In this document: positions 7,649 through 16,059 of the stretch, piece by piece
Layout of the letters: every line of letters begins with the position of its first letter
Position numbering within the stretch: the first letter of the stretch is position 1
From: Erysipelotrichaceae bacterium
Lineage (GTDB): Bacteria; Bacillota_I; Bacilli_A; Erysipelotrichales; Erysipelotrichaceae
DNA length: 32,000 nucleotides
Assembly: GCA_030604855.1 (NCBI GenBank)
Contig: JAUVVC010000001.1
Location: 210,001 to 242,000, forward strand
Reading direction: 5' to 3'
Notes under the pieces: generated by a model
The model's database searches: none
Told to the model about the DNA's origin: nothing
What the model saw: the letters and a program-made list of their open reading frames with translations, nothing else
Program-made: the position numbers and the translations under genes

Positions 7649-8355
7649 AAGATACTCGAAAGGTAGATGGCGAAGACACCGATGGCGTTGTTGATGAAAT
7701 GGAGGATGACAGGGGTATACAAACTCTTAGTTTTAATATACGCACGATTCAACCAAAAACCCAACATGAAATAGGTGGGTAAAAAGAGAAGATCCATGAA
7801 TTTCCCATCAAATAGTGAGGGATAGACGTGCGCCATTCCAAAAAAGAATGAGCTGAAGACGATGGCGAATACTTGGGAACGTTTCTGAAGCATCCCAAAG
7901 AGAAGGCCACGATACATCAATTCTTCAATGATGGGGGCGAAGATCAAAGCTTGAAACACCAATAATAAGGGATAATCCCCAAAGATCTTGATCAACTCGT
8001 TTTGATTCTGGGAGCCATCCAAACCGGTAAGTGTTGTGATCGCGTAATTCAATGCGATGGAAGTAACCAACATCAAGGGCAGGGTGATGAGGATGGTTTT
8101 AAGATTCAAGAAAACGTCATGTTTGAAGCGACGTCCCATTTCCACCCAGAAATCTTTTGTAAAATGAACACTTAAAAGAAGTAATAAAATGGCATAGATG
8201 AAATCAACATTCGGGTTACCCAAGAGATCCATTCTGTTCGAACGTGCAAGGACAGCGACGATGAACATGGGATACAAAGCATAGGTTCCTAAGGTGAAAT
8301 GAAAGAGAAGAAAGAAAATCTTTTTCTTTGAATAAGGAAGATCAAAATTACGCAT
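7645..8355 (-). CDS. CPBP (CAAX/Abi) family intramembrane glutamic endopeptidase
   Basis: The ORF track starts at 8379. I prefer ATG 8355 (GGAG 6 nt upstream; MRNFDLPYSKKK...). Multi-TM protein with intact CPBP motifs EELMYR (EExxxR), FFFGMAH (FxxxH) and HFINN (HxxxN). Confidence 0.85.
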   Translation of the reverse strand: MRNFDLPYSKKKIFFLLFHFTLGTYALYPMFIVAVLARSNRMDLLGNPNVDFIYAILLLLLSVHFTKDFWVEMGRRFKHDVFLNLKTILITLPLMLVTSIALNYAITTLTGLDGSQNQNELIKIFGDYPLLLVFQALIFAPIIEELMYRGLLFGMLQKRSQVFAIVFSSFFFGMAHVYPSLFDGKFMDLLFLPTYFMLGFWLNRAYIKTKSLYTPVILHFINNAIGVFAIYLSSIL

Positions 8356-9490
8356 GGACAACTCCTGCGATGGCAGCACTCAATGATTGATCATTCGTAT
8401 AGATCTCATCAATCACGCCACCACCCAGACAAACCTGATCCAAATAGAACACGGCTTCCTGACCCGGAGTGACTGCGGATATGCCCTGAGGATAATGAAC
8501 GATGATTGAACCATCCTCACGACATTCGATTTGAACATCTTGGTCCTTTTGTCGATATCTGAACTTTGCTTTACAGGCGAGGCTCTTCGCAGGAAGCGGA
8601 TTGAACCAATTCAGATCCTTGACCACACAAGATGTGGACTTCAACCAAGGGTTGTCTTCGTTGCGAGCCACATAGAGTTTGTTGGTTTGAACATCTTTGC
8701 CAACGACGAACCAAGGACCTTCGAAGGCGCTGATATCCAGTCCTTTACGTTGACCTAAGGTGTAATAGAGCACACCAATGTGGGACCCGATGACTTTACC
8801 ACTTTCGATATCGATGATCTGACCACTTTTGGCAGGGAGATAATTTCGCAAGAATTCTCTGAATTTCCGCTCGCCAATGAAACAGATGCCGGTGGAATCC
8901 TTTTTCTTTGCGACATTCAAATCTAGTTTGAGCGCAATCGCTCTGACTTCAGGTTTCTCCAGTTCTCCCAATGGGAAGAAGGTCTTCTGCAAAGCCTTCT
9001 GATTGACCTGACACAGGAAGTAGCTTTGGTCTTTGTTATTATCAACGGCCTTCCACATCTCAGAATGATCTAAATGATGTTTGACACGGGCGTAATGACC
9101 GGTTGCGACATATTCAAAACCACGTTCTTGTGCGAATTTAAAGAAGGCATCGAATTTGATGTATTTATTGCACAGGATATCCGGATTGGGGGTTCGTCCA
9201 CGCGCGTATTCTTTAAGGAAGGTTTGAAAGACATCATCCCAATACTCGGTGATGAAATCAATGCGATGCAAAGGTAGACCCAGCTTCTTGGCCACCTCGA
9301 GTGCATCGTTATAGTCTTGTTCCTGGGTGCAGATGGCTTCATCCAAGGTTGGATTGCCTAAAATATCGTTATTGGTCAAGGAATCCCAGTTGCGCATGAA
9401 AGCACATTCCACTTCGTGACCTTGTTCTTTTAAGAGATAAGCAGCGACGGCGGAGTCCACGCCACCAGAGAGTCCAACTAATATTTTCAT
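8348..9490 (-). CDS. mnmA: tRNA 2-thiouridine(34) synthase MnmA
   Basis: 380 aa with an N-terminal PP-loop, LSGGVDSAV. The full length has MnmA/TrmU character (CNKYIKF, DQSYFL, GICFIGE motifs). Confidence 0.95.
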   Translation of the reverse strand: MKILVGLSGGVDSAVAAYLLKEQGHEVECAFMRNWDSLTNNDILGNPTLDEAICTQEQDYNDALEVAKKLGLPLHRIDFITEYWDDVFQTFLKEYARGRTPNPDILCNKYIKFDAFFKFAQERGFEYVATGHYARVKHHLDHSEMWKAVDNNKDQSYFLCQVNQKALQKTFFPLGELEKPEVRAIALKLDLNVAKKKDSTGICFIGERKFREFLRNYLPAKSGQIIDIESGKVIGSHIGVLYYTLGQRKGLDISAFEGPWFVVGKDVQTNKLYVARNEDNPWLKSTSCVVKDLNWFNPLPAKSLACKAKFRYRQKDQDVQIECREDGSIIVHYPQGISAVTPGQEAVFYLDQVCLGGGVIDEIYTNDQSLSAAIAGVVHA

Positions 9491-9496
9491 AGCATG

Positions 9497-9505
9497 ATTA
9501 TACCA
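9497..9505 (-). promoter_or_regulatory. Extended -10 promoter TGgTATAAT 6 nt upstream of the mnmA ATG; probable leaderless transcript
   Basis: The minus strand reads TGGTATAAT-CATGCT-ATG. No SD-like purine run is present. It lies immediately downstream of the spx terminator. Confidence 0.5.
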
Positions 9506-9536
9506 TAATAAAAAAGCTGTTCTTCTAAACAGCTTT
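9506..9536 (-). terminator. Rho-independent terminator of the spx-like gene
   Basis: The minus strand reads AAAGCTGTT-TAGAAG-AACAGCTTT followed by TTTATTAT. The loop contains the TAG stop codon of the spx-like ORF. Confidence 0.7.
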
Positions 9537-9989
9537 CAGTCGAGGTTGATTTGCATGCTCAAGACTATCACGGGTTTGACCACAATGCCCATAACTTGGA
9601 CAATCCGGAGTACAGGCATCGCAAGCGACACGACGGAGTTCTTGAGGCACAAAGGCACCGATTTCTTCTTCATCATAACCTACGAGGAAATTACGCTCGT
9701 TGATGATGATGGGACGTTTGAGAATCGAAGGATTCTGTTGCACGAAACGTACAAGATCTTTAACGGACATTTCTTCAACATCGATCTGCTTTTCTTGGAT
9801 GATCTTGGAACGTTTCGAGATGATGTCCTCAGTTCCATTTTCACTACGCATCAAGAGATGACGGATTTCATTTTCATTGAGCAACGTTGAAAAGATGTTC
9901 TTTTCAATGTATTTTAAATTACGATCTTTCAGCCATTGTTTGACCTTGCGGCAACTGGCACAACCTGGGGAAGTGTATACAACAATCAT
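9525..9989 (-). CDS. spx: Spx/ArsC-family RNA-polymerase-binding redox regulator with a C-terminal Cys-rich extension
   Basis: N-terminus MIVVYTSPGCASCRKVKQWL carries the CxxC motif. Spx-like core segments are present (ISKRSKI, ILKRPIII, VGYDEEEI). SD GGAGGA lies at 9996..10001. At 154 aa it is longer than the roughly 131 aa typical for Spx. Confidence 0.85.
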   Translation of the reverse strand: MIVVYTSPGCASCRKVKQWLKDRNLKYIEKNIFSTLLNENEIRHLLMRSENGTEDIISKRSKIIQEKQIDVEEMSVKDLVRFVQQNPSILKRPIIINERNFLVGYDEEEIGAFVPQELRRVACDACTPDCPSYGHCGQTRDSLEHANQPRLKAV

Positions 9990-10011
9990 GGTATGTCCTC
10001 CATATTTAATA

Positions 10012-10017
10012 ATTATA
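10012..10017 (-). promoter_or_regulatory. -10 box TATAAT for the spx-like gene
   Basis: The minus strand reads TGTGTATAAT about 10 nt upstream of the SD. No good -35 was seen. Confidence 0.4.
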
Positions 10018-10203
10018 CACAGTGTTCTTACTTTTTAAAAGAGAATTTTACAAAAAGTGAAGAATGTCACTATTTTATACGTCTTCATCTCTAGTTTTTC
10101 CCTTTTAGTATCCATGTACACAGCAACTACCATGTAAGAAATCAATAAGCATCAAATTATTTCATTTATTTTCTGAAAATTACCAATGTTTTTCCGATTT
10201 CGA

Positions 10204-10232
10204 TTGACGCACGCGAATGGCTTATGTACACT
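10204..10232 (+). promoter_or_regulatory. Sigma-A type promoter of the permease gene
   Basis: TTGACG (10204..10209), a 17-nt spacer, then TACACT (10227..10232). SD AAGGGG lies upstream of ATG 10258. Confidence 0.5.
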
Positions 10233-10257
10233 TTAGCTATCATTTTAAGGGGTCTTT

Positions 10258-11652
10258 ATGGAAAATACAACACAACGTAAATTTGGCTTAATCACAACCA
10301 TTGCGATGATTGTCGGCATCGTCATTGGTTCAGGCATCTTTTTTAAGACGGATAACATCTTACAAGCCGTAAATGGTTCAGTGTTCTTAGGCGTTCTCGC
10401 CTGGACACTGGGTGGTTTCGGCATCATTTTTGGAGGTTTGAGCATTGCGGTTTTGGCGCGTCGTGATGAACATGTCGGTGGTTTGATCACGTATTGCGAA
10501 ATGACTTGGGGCAAACAATTGGGTTATTTGGCAGGCTGGTTTCAGACCATTCTCTATTATCCGGCCTTGGTCGCGGTCGTTTCCTGGGTGGGTGCGATGT
10601 ACATGTCACTTTTGTTTGATTGGACAAATCCTGCGCTACTCTTTGGTTTAAGTTTAGGCTCAATTCCAGAGTGGGTCTTTCCTTTCAATTTGACACAGTG
10701 GGTCTTGACCCTGATCATCTTTATCCTTTTCTTTGTTATCAATCTTTTCCAAACAAAAGCAGCGGGTAAGTTTCAAAACATCTCTATGTTCACCAAACTA
10801 GGTGCACTCGTATTACTGGGTTTGTTAGGTCTTATCTTCGGTGATCCCGTTGCAGTCAACCATGTGAGTGATCTGGGTCAACTTGGAGCGGGCTTCTTTG
10901 CGGCTTTGGTTCCTGTTGCCTATTCCTACGATGGTTGGCAGGTCGCACCTTCCATCACGCATGAAATCAAGAACCCTAAACGCAATCTTCCTTTAGCCTT
11001 GACCTTCGCACCTTTGACGATCATGGTCATCTATATCAGTTATTTCGTCGCGATCAATGCGGTCTTAGGCCCCGATCAAGTATTGGCCTTAGGCGATGGG
11101 GCTGTGTCTGTCTTTGCGGAACAATTCCTCGGATCCATCGGCTATCGCATCGTATTGTTGGCCATCGTTATTTCCGTTTTAGGTACTGCAAATGGTTTGA
11201 TCCTTGCCTACATCCGTCTACCCTATGCCTTGGGTGTCCGGAATGAGATCATGGCAGCCAAACAATTTGCGTACGTGGATGAAAAGACGGATGTGCCGAT
11301 GTTTGCCGGACTCTTCACCTTCATCGTATCCTTGGTTTGGTTGTTTCTACACTTTGCGGCGACGGTCGGTGTCATTCATTTGAACTGGTCGATGTTCACT
11401 GGCATCAATGTCGATGAAATCGCCATCATCTTGATCTATCTTTTCCTGGTTCTCATCTTTGCCGGCATCATCAAAGAGTTCATCCAAGGCAAGATCACTT
11501 CCAAATTAGAGGGCTTGGTCTTCCCACTGCTGGCAATCTTTGGTGCTTTGACCGCCATCTATGGAGGATTCCTAAATCCTTCGGTCGCCATCTATCTGAT
11601 CATCTCCATCGTAGCCATCTTATCTGGCTTATTGGTTCGTCCTAAAAAATAG
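10258..11652 (+). CDS. APC-superfamily amino acid permease
   Basis: 464 aa with about 12 hydrophobic segments. The N-terminal GLITTIAMIVGIVIGSGIF motif is typical of APC transporters. Substrate is unknown. Confidence 0.85.
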   Translation: MENTTQRKFGLITTIAMIVGIVIGSGIFFKTDNILQAVNGSVFLGVLAWTLGGFGIIFGGLSIAVLARRDEHVGGLITYCEMTWGKQLGYLAGWFQTILYYPALVAVVSWVGAMYMSLLFDWTNPALLFGLSLGSIPEWVFPFNLTQWVLTLIIFILFFVINLFQTKAAGKFQNISMFTKLGALVLLGLLGLIFGDPVAVNHVSDLGQLGAGFFAALVPVAYSYDGWQVAPSITHEIKNPKRNLPLALTFAPLTIMVIYISYFVAINAVLGPDQVLALGDGAVSVFAEQFLGSIGYRIVLLAIVISVLGTANGLILAYIRLPYALGVRNEIMAAKQFAYVDEKTDVPMFAGLFTFIVSLVWLFLHFAATVGVIHLNWSMFTGINVDEIAIILIYLFLVLIFAGIIKEFIQGKITSKLEGLVFPLLAIFGALTAIYGGFLNPSVAIYLIISIVAILSGLLVRPKK

Positions 11653-11672
11653 TGTGTCCGCACACTTTTTTT
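11651..11672 (+). terminator. Rho-independent terminator after the permease gene
   Basis: AGTGTG-TCCG-CACACT followed by a T-run. It overlaps the TAG stop. Confidence 0.75.
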
Positions 11673-11673
11673 A

Positions 11674-11890
11674 TGCTAAACTATGAAAAAGACCGTGAAT
11701 GAAGTAAAGTAGTCCCTGTCTTGGACACAAGCGATATCCGGAATTGGTGCGAAGGATACAAGAGACAAGGATGAAGTGGGCTTCAGGAGTTTAAGCTCAG
11801 CTTACGCGAACCAGCGTTATGGTGAAGTGATCGATGTTCGATAAAAAGGGTGGTACCACGGTGAAGCGTCCCTGTTGAACATTTTTTTAT
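11674..11890 (+). promoter_or_regulatory. T-box leader (tRNA-Trp specifier UGG) with its extended -10 promoter
   Basis: Promoter TGcTAAACT lies at 11674..11682. The Stem I distal helix is TATCC...GGATA, enclosing the GGUGCGA loop motif (11746..11752). Specifier context is GAAG-UGG-G, with UGG at 11777..11779. The T-box core GGGTGGTACCACG lies at 11848..11860. An imperfect terminator helix at about 11834..11882 is followed by T7 (11882..11888). Confidence 0.85.
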
Positions 11891-11904
11891 TGGAGGAAAC
11901 AAAC

Positions 11905-12888
11905 ATGAAACGTATGTTAAGTGGCATCAAACCAAGTGGTCAATTGACCTTGGGCAATTACATAGGAGCCCTCAAAGAATTCGTAAAGTATCAAGATGAA
12001 TACGATATGTACGTATTTATTGCCAACCTGCATACCTTGACGGTGTATCAAGATCCCGAGAGTCTAAGAAAGAATCTTCGAGATACCGTGCTTTTGTATC
12101 TGGCTTGTGGTCTGGACCCCAAGAAGACCAAGATCTTCATGCAATCCGATATCATGGAACAAGCTCAATTGGGCTTCATCCTGAGCTGCAACACCTATCT
12201 GGGTGAACTCAACCGCATGACCCAGTATAAAGATAAGTTGAGTAAAGGTGAAGAAGGCCTGAGTTCAGGTTTCTATGTTTATCCGACCTTGATGGCTGCA
12301 GATATTTTGGCGTATCAACCAGATTATGTACCGGTAGGGGATGATCAGAAACAACATGTCGAACTCACGCGCGATGTGGCGGTCCGCTTCAACAATCGTT
12401 ATGGGGAGACCTTCAAGGTCCCTGAACCCTTGATTCCCAAGCAAGGGGCGCGCATCATGTCGTTAAGCGATCCCAGCAAGAAGATGAGCAAATCCGATGA
12501 AAGTGACAAAGGCTGCATCTATCTTCTTGACGATCCCAAAGTCGCACGCAAGAAAGTCATGTCGGCGGTTACGGACTCGATCAACGCAATCAACTACGAT
12601 CCCAAGAATCAGGCGGGTGTCGCCAATCTCTTGACCATTCACTCCGCACTTTCCGGAACTTCGATTGACGCCTTGGTTGAGCAATTCAAAGGCCAAGGTT
12701 ATGGCACACTTAAGAAAGCCGTAGCGGATGAAGTCGAAAAACTTCTCATGAATCTTCAAACCTCGTACAAAGAACTCCTAGATCAAAACATCCTCAGTGA
12801 GGTTCTGGCACAAGGCAAAGCCTCGGCACAACCGATCGCACATGCGACGCTTGTGGAGGTGCAGACAAAAGTAGGCATTGAAATTTAA
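11905..12888 (+). CDS. trpS: Tryptophan--tRNA ligase
   Basis: The ORF track starts at 11875, inside the T-box terminator. I moved the start to ATG 11905 (GGAGGA at 11893..11898). MKRMLSGIKPSGQLTLGNY is the class I HIGH-equivalent. KKMSKS is present. Confidence 0.95.
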   Translation: MKRMLSGIKPSGQLTLGNYIGALKEFVKYQDEYDMYVFIANLHTLTVYQDPESLRKNLRDTVLLYLACGLDPKKTKIFMQSDIMEQAQLGFILSCNTYLGELNRMTQYKDKLSKGEEGLSSGFYVYPTLMAADILAYQPDYVPVGDDQKQHVELTRDVAVRFNNRYGETFKVPEPLIPKQGARIMSLSDPSKKMSKSDESDKGCIYLLDDPKVARKKVMSAVTDSINAINYDPKNQAGVANLLTIHSALSGTSIDALVEQFKGQGYGTLKKAVADEVEKLLMNLQTSYKELLDQNILSEVLAQGKASAQPIAHATLVEVQTKVGIEI

Positions 12889-12896
12889 GGGGTTTG

Positions 12897-13110
12897 TGCT
12901 ATACTAATCACGAAATCGTACTAAAGAAGAGTAAGATAAGCCGCTTTTATAGAGAGGAAACGTTGGGTGAAAGTTTCCAAGCTTAATATCCGAAGCCACT
13001 TTAGAGAGAAGTCAAACTTCCGTCTTGTCCGCGTTAAGGAAAAAAGCTGTGTCGAAGGACAAAGCAGGATGGTACCGCGTGTTAAACGTTCCTGTAGGAA
13101 CGTTTTTTTA
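12897..13110 (+). promoter_or_regulatory. T-box leader (tRNA-Ala specifier GCC) with its extended -10 promoter
   Basis: Promoter TGcTATACT lies at 12897..12905, only 8 nt after the trpS stop. There is an AGAGA motif. The Stem I distal hairpin is GGAAAC-GTTGGGTGAAA-GTTTCC, containing GGUGAAA. Specifier context is GAA-GCC-A, with GCC at 12995..12997. The T-box core AGGATGGTACCGCG lies at 13066..13079. The terminator is AACGTTCC-TGTA-GGAACGTT plus T5 (13085..13109). Confidence 0.88.
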
Positions 13111-13124
13111 TTGGAGGAAAAGAT

Positions 13125-15743
13125 ATGCAACATCGCAGTGGAAATGAAGTCAGACAGTTGTTTCTAGATTACTTTAAGCAACAGAATCACATGGTTGAAC
13201 CTGGGGCTTCCTTGGTGCCTGTGAACGATCCCACCTTATTGTGGATCAACTCCGGTGTGGCTGCTCTCAAGAAATACTTTGATGGCAGTGTCAAACCGCA
13301 AAACAAACGCATCACGAATGCACAGAAATCGATTCGAACCAACGACATCGAGAATGTGGGTAAGACGGCACGTCACCATACCTTCTTTGAAATGTTGGGC
13401 AACTTTTCGATTGGGGATTATTTCAAGGAAGAAGCGTTGAAGTTTGCCTGGGAGTTCTTGACCAGTCCGGAATTCATCGGCATGGAAGTGGAAAAGATGT
13501 ATGTGACGGTTCATCCAACGGATGATGAAGCGTATCGCATCTGGATCGATATCATCGGCCTGGATCCAAAACACATCTTGAAATCTGAAGAGAATTACTG
13601 GCAGATCGGGGAAGGTCCTTGTGGCCCCAACAGTGAGATCTATTACGATCGTGGACCGGCTTTCGATCCTGAGAACATCGGGGAACCCTTGTTTTTCGAA
13701 GAGCGCGAGAACGATCGCTACATTGAAGTTTGGAACGTCGTCTTCAGTCAATACGATGGTAAAGAGGGCGTGGAACGCAAAGACTACAAAGAACTTCCAC
13801 AAAAGAACATCGATACCGGCATGGGTTTGGAGCGTTTGGTATGCATCGTCCAAAAAGGTGAAACAAACTTCGATACCGACTTGTTTCTACCGGTCATCCA
13901 TGCAGTTGAGAAATTGGCTAAATACCCTTATGCCAACGAACATAAGATGGCATACCGTGTCATTGCGGATCATATCCGTACCGTCACCTTTGCTTTGGCG
14001 GATGGGGCTTTGTTTGCGAATGAAGGCAGAGGTTATGTCTTAAGAAGAATCCTACGTCGTGCGGTCCGTTTCGGCATCAAACTGGGCATCGAAGGTGCTT
14101 TCATGCATACTTTGGTTAAGGTTGTGGCTGAGATGATGAGCCCGTTCTATGCCTATGTGAATGACAAGGTCGATTTGATCGAACGTTTGGTCAAGGCGGA
14201 AGAACTGCGTTTCCATAAGACTTTGCTTGCTGGGGAACAACTTTTGATGCTTGAGATCGAACGCTCTGAATCCAATGTGCTCGCTGGTTCAACAGTCTTC
14301 AAACTGTATGACACCTTCGGTTTCCCTGTGGAGTTGACCCAAGAGATTGCGGAAGAAATGGATTATTCCATCGATATGGAAGGCTTCAAACACGAAATGC
14401 AAGCCCAACGCGATCGTGCCCGTGCTGCGATCGATAAGACGGAATCCATGAAGGGTCAATCCATCGACCTGATGAATTACACAACAGCTTCTGAATTCGT
14501 CGGATATACAACATTCAAGACGGATTCAAAAGTCTTGGCTCTGTTTAAGAATGGGGTTCGTGTGGATAGTTTGGACGATGAAGGGGAGATCCTTTTGGAT
14601 GTGACGCCATTCTATGCGGAAAGTGGGGGTCAGATTGCCGATACCGGTCGTTTGATGTTCAAAGACGGTGAAGCCTTGGTCAGTGATGTTCAGAAAGCAC
14701 CGAACAAACAGAATCTCCATAAGATCAAAGTCCTCGTCGGAGAACTGAAAGAAGGGGATTCCATTACGGCCCAAATCGATGTGCAGAAACGTCAAAGCAT
14801 CACCCGGAATCACTCATCAGCGCATCTGCTTCAAGCTGCTTTGAAACAGATCGTAGGGGAACACATCCAACAAGCCGGTAGCTATGTATCGGATGAATAC
14901 ATGCGCTTCGACTTCACGCATTTTGAGAAAGTCGACGATAAGAAACTGAAAGCCATTGAAGTACTGGTCAATGAGGCCATCTTCAACGCCAATCCTGTGA
15001 GCTTTGCCCTGCTTCCAATTGAAGAAGCGAAAGCACAAGGTGCCATGGCCTTGTTCAGTGAGAAATACGATGCGATCGTACGTGTCGTCACCATGGGGGA
15101 TGTCAGTAAGGAACTTTGTGGGGGATGTCATGTGAACAATACTCAAGAGTTGGGTTTGTTCAAGATCGTTTCTGAAGAATCCATCGGATCGGGCATTCGT
15201 CGCATCACGGCTAAGACCGGTGCGCATGCGTATCAGGATTTCGTGTCCTACCAAACCCAATTGGAGACCATCGCTTCCTATTACAAAGCGAATTCCATCC
15301 ACAACATCGAAGATCGCGTTGAAAACGGCTTGCATGAGTTGAGTGAAACCAAGCAGGCATTGGGTCAAGCGAAACAGAAACTTGCGGTCTTAGAAGCAAA
15401 AGTCTTGAGTCATGAATTCGTGGATAAGGACGATCATCAGGTTTTGATCAAGCGCATCGATCAAAACAGTGACCACTTGAAACTACTCATTGAAAATCTT
15501 AAAAAGGAGAACACGAAACGCATCATCTTCTTAGCATCAGGCGATCAAGAAAAGGCTTTGTTTGTGGCGTATGTCAGTCCTGATTTGAATAAACAGGGCA
15601 TCAAAGCGGGTGATCTTGTGAAGGAAGCAGCGGTGCTTTGTGCAGGAAATGGTGGAGGTCGACCGGATTTCGCCCAAGCTGGAGGCAAGGATGTGTCCAA
15701 ATTAGGGGATGCGCTCCAGATGATTGCACAAAAACTCATCTAA
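13125..15743 (+). CDS. alaS: Alanine--tRNA ligase
   Basis: 872 aa, AlaRS over its full length: the N-terminal catalytic domain (FEMLGNFSIGDYFK, WNVVFSQY), the editing domain HSSAHLL...CGGCH, and the C-terminal DHHA1-like GGGRPDFAQAGG. SD GGAGGA lies 7 nt upstream. Confidence 0.97.
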   Translation: MQHRSGNEVRQLFLDYFKQQNHMVEPGASLVPVNDPTLLWINSGVAALKKYFDGSVKPQNKRITNAQKSIRTNDIENVGKTARHHTFFEMLGNFSIGDYFKEEALKFAWEFLTSPEFIGMEVEKMYVTVHPTDDEAYRIWIDIIGLDPKHILKSEENYWQIGEGPCGPNSEIYYDRGPAFDPENIGEPLFFEERENDRYIEVWNVVFSQYDGKEGVERKDYKELPQKNIDTGMGLERLVCIVQKGETNFDTDLFLPVIHAVEKLAKYPYANEHKMAYRVIADHIRTVTFALADGALFANEGRGYVLRRILRRAVRFGIKLGIEGAFMHTLVKVVAEMMSPFYAYVNDKVDLIERLVKAEELRFHKTLLAGEQLLMLEIERSESNVLAGSTVFKLYDTFGFPVELTQEIAEEMDYSIDMEGFKHEMQAQRDRARAAIDKTESMKGQSIDLMNYTTASEFVGYTTFKTDSKVLALFKNGVRVDSLDDEGEILLDVTPFYAESGGQIADTGRLMFKDGEALVSDVQKAPNKQNLHKIKVLVGELKEGDSITAQIDVQKRQSITRNHSSAHLLQAALKQIVGEHIQQAGSYVSDEYMRFDFTHFEKVDDKKLKAIEVLVNEAIFNANPVSFALLPIEEAKAQGAMALFSEKYDAIVRVVTMGDVSKELCGGCHVNNTQELGLFKIVSEESIGSGIRRITAKTGAHAYQDFVSYQTQLETIASYYKANSIHNIEDRVENGLHELSETKQALGQAKQKLAVLEAKVLSHEFVDKDDHQVLIKRIDQNSDHLKLLIENLKKENTKRIIFLASGDQEKALFVAYVSPDLNKQGIKAGDLVKEAAVLCAGNGGGRPDFAQAGGKDVSKLGDALQMIAQKLI

Positions 15744-15798
15744 ATGCTTTCAAAAGCGTAGGGACTAGTTTAGAATAAAGAAAAAGGAGGATTATGGT

Positions 15799-16059
15799 AT
15801 GAGTCAAAACCACACGGAGACGGTTGCCTTCAAATCAGATCAAATACGTCGCGATAACATCAAACAGATCTTAAAACAAGTGCAGGCTGCGCTCGAAGAC
15901 CGCGGGTATAATGCAGTGAATCAATTGTCAGGCTATCTCATTTCCAATGATCCTGCTTATATCTCAAGTCATCAGAATGCACGTTCCTTGATTCAAACGG
16001 TTGAACGTTATGAGATCATTGAAGAATTGGTGCGTGCCTACCTGGATGATGCGGAATGA
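15799..16059 (+). CDS. ireB: IreB-family regulatory phosphoprotein (UPF0297, YrzL-like)
   Basis: 86 aa with the conserved core [26 protein letters not shown]. It occupies the same position after alaS as Bacillus yrzL. SD AGGAGG is present. Confidence 0.82.
   Translation: MSQNHTETVAFKSDQIRRDNIKQILKQVQAALEDRGYNAVNQLSGYLISNDPAYISSHQNARSLIQTVERYEIIEELVRAYLDDAE

Noticed and set aside
9990-10257. Possible replication origin: the only strand switch in the window (minus-strand genes to the left, plus-strand genes to the right), an AT-rich 268-bp spacer, and a DnaA-box-like TTATACACA at 10013..10021
   Set aside because: There is only one near-consensus box, and it coincides with the -10 region of the spx promoter. 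There is no dnaA/dnaN, no box cluster and no obvious DNA-unwinding repeats. I could not compute GC skew. A divergent promoter region is the simpler explanation. A genome-wide cumulative GC-skew plot would settle it.
11875-11904. Upstream start of the trpS ORF (MNIFLLEETN...)
   Set aside because: These codons lie inside the T-box terminator U-run and the SD itself. ATG 11905 follows GGAGGA at proper spacing.
13236-13853. 205-aa ORF antisense to alaS
   Set aside because: It lies entirely inside a full-length, highly conserved AlaRS gene. The translated sequence has low-complexity, non-protein-like composition and no SD or promoter. It is a typical shadow ORF produced by codon bias on the opposite strand.
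14817-15368. 183-aa ORF antisense to alaS
   Set aside because: The same reasoning applies as for 13236..13853. It is a shadow frame of a conserved gene with no independent signals.
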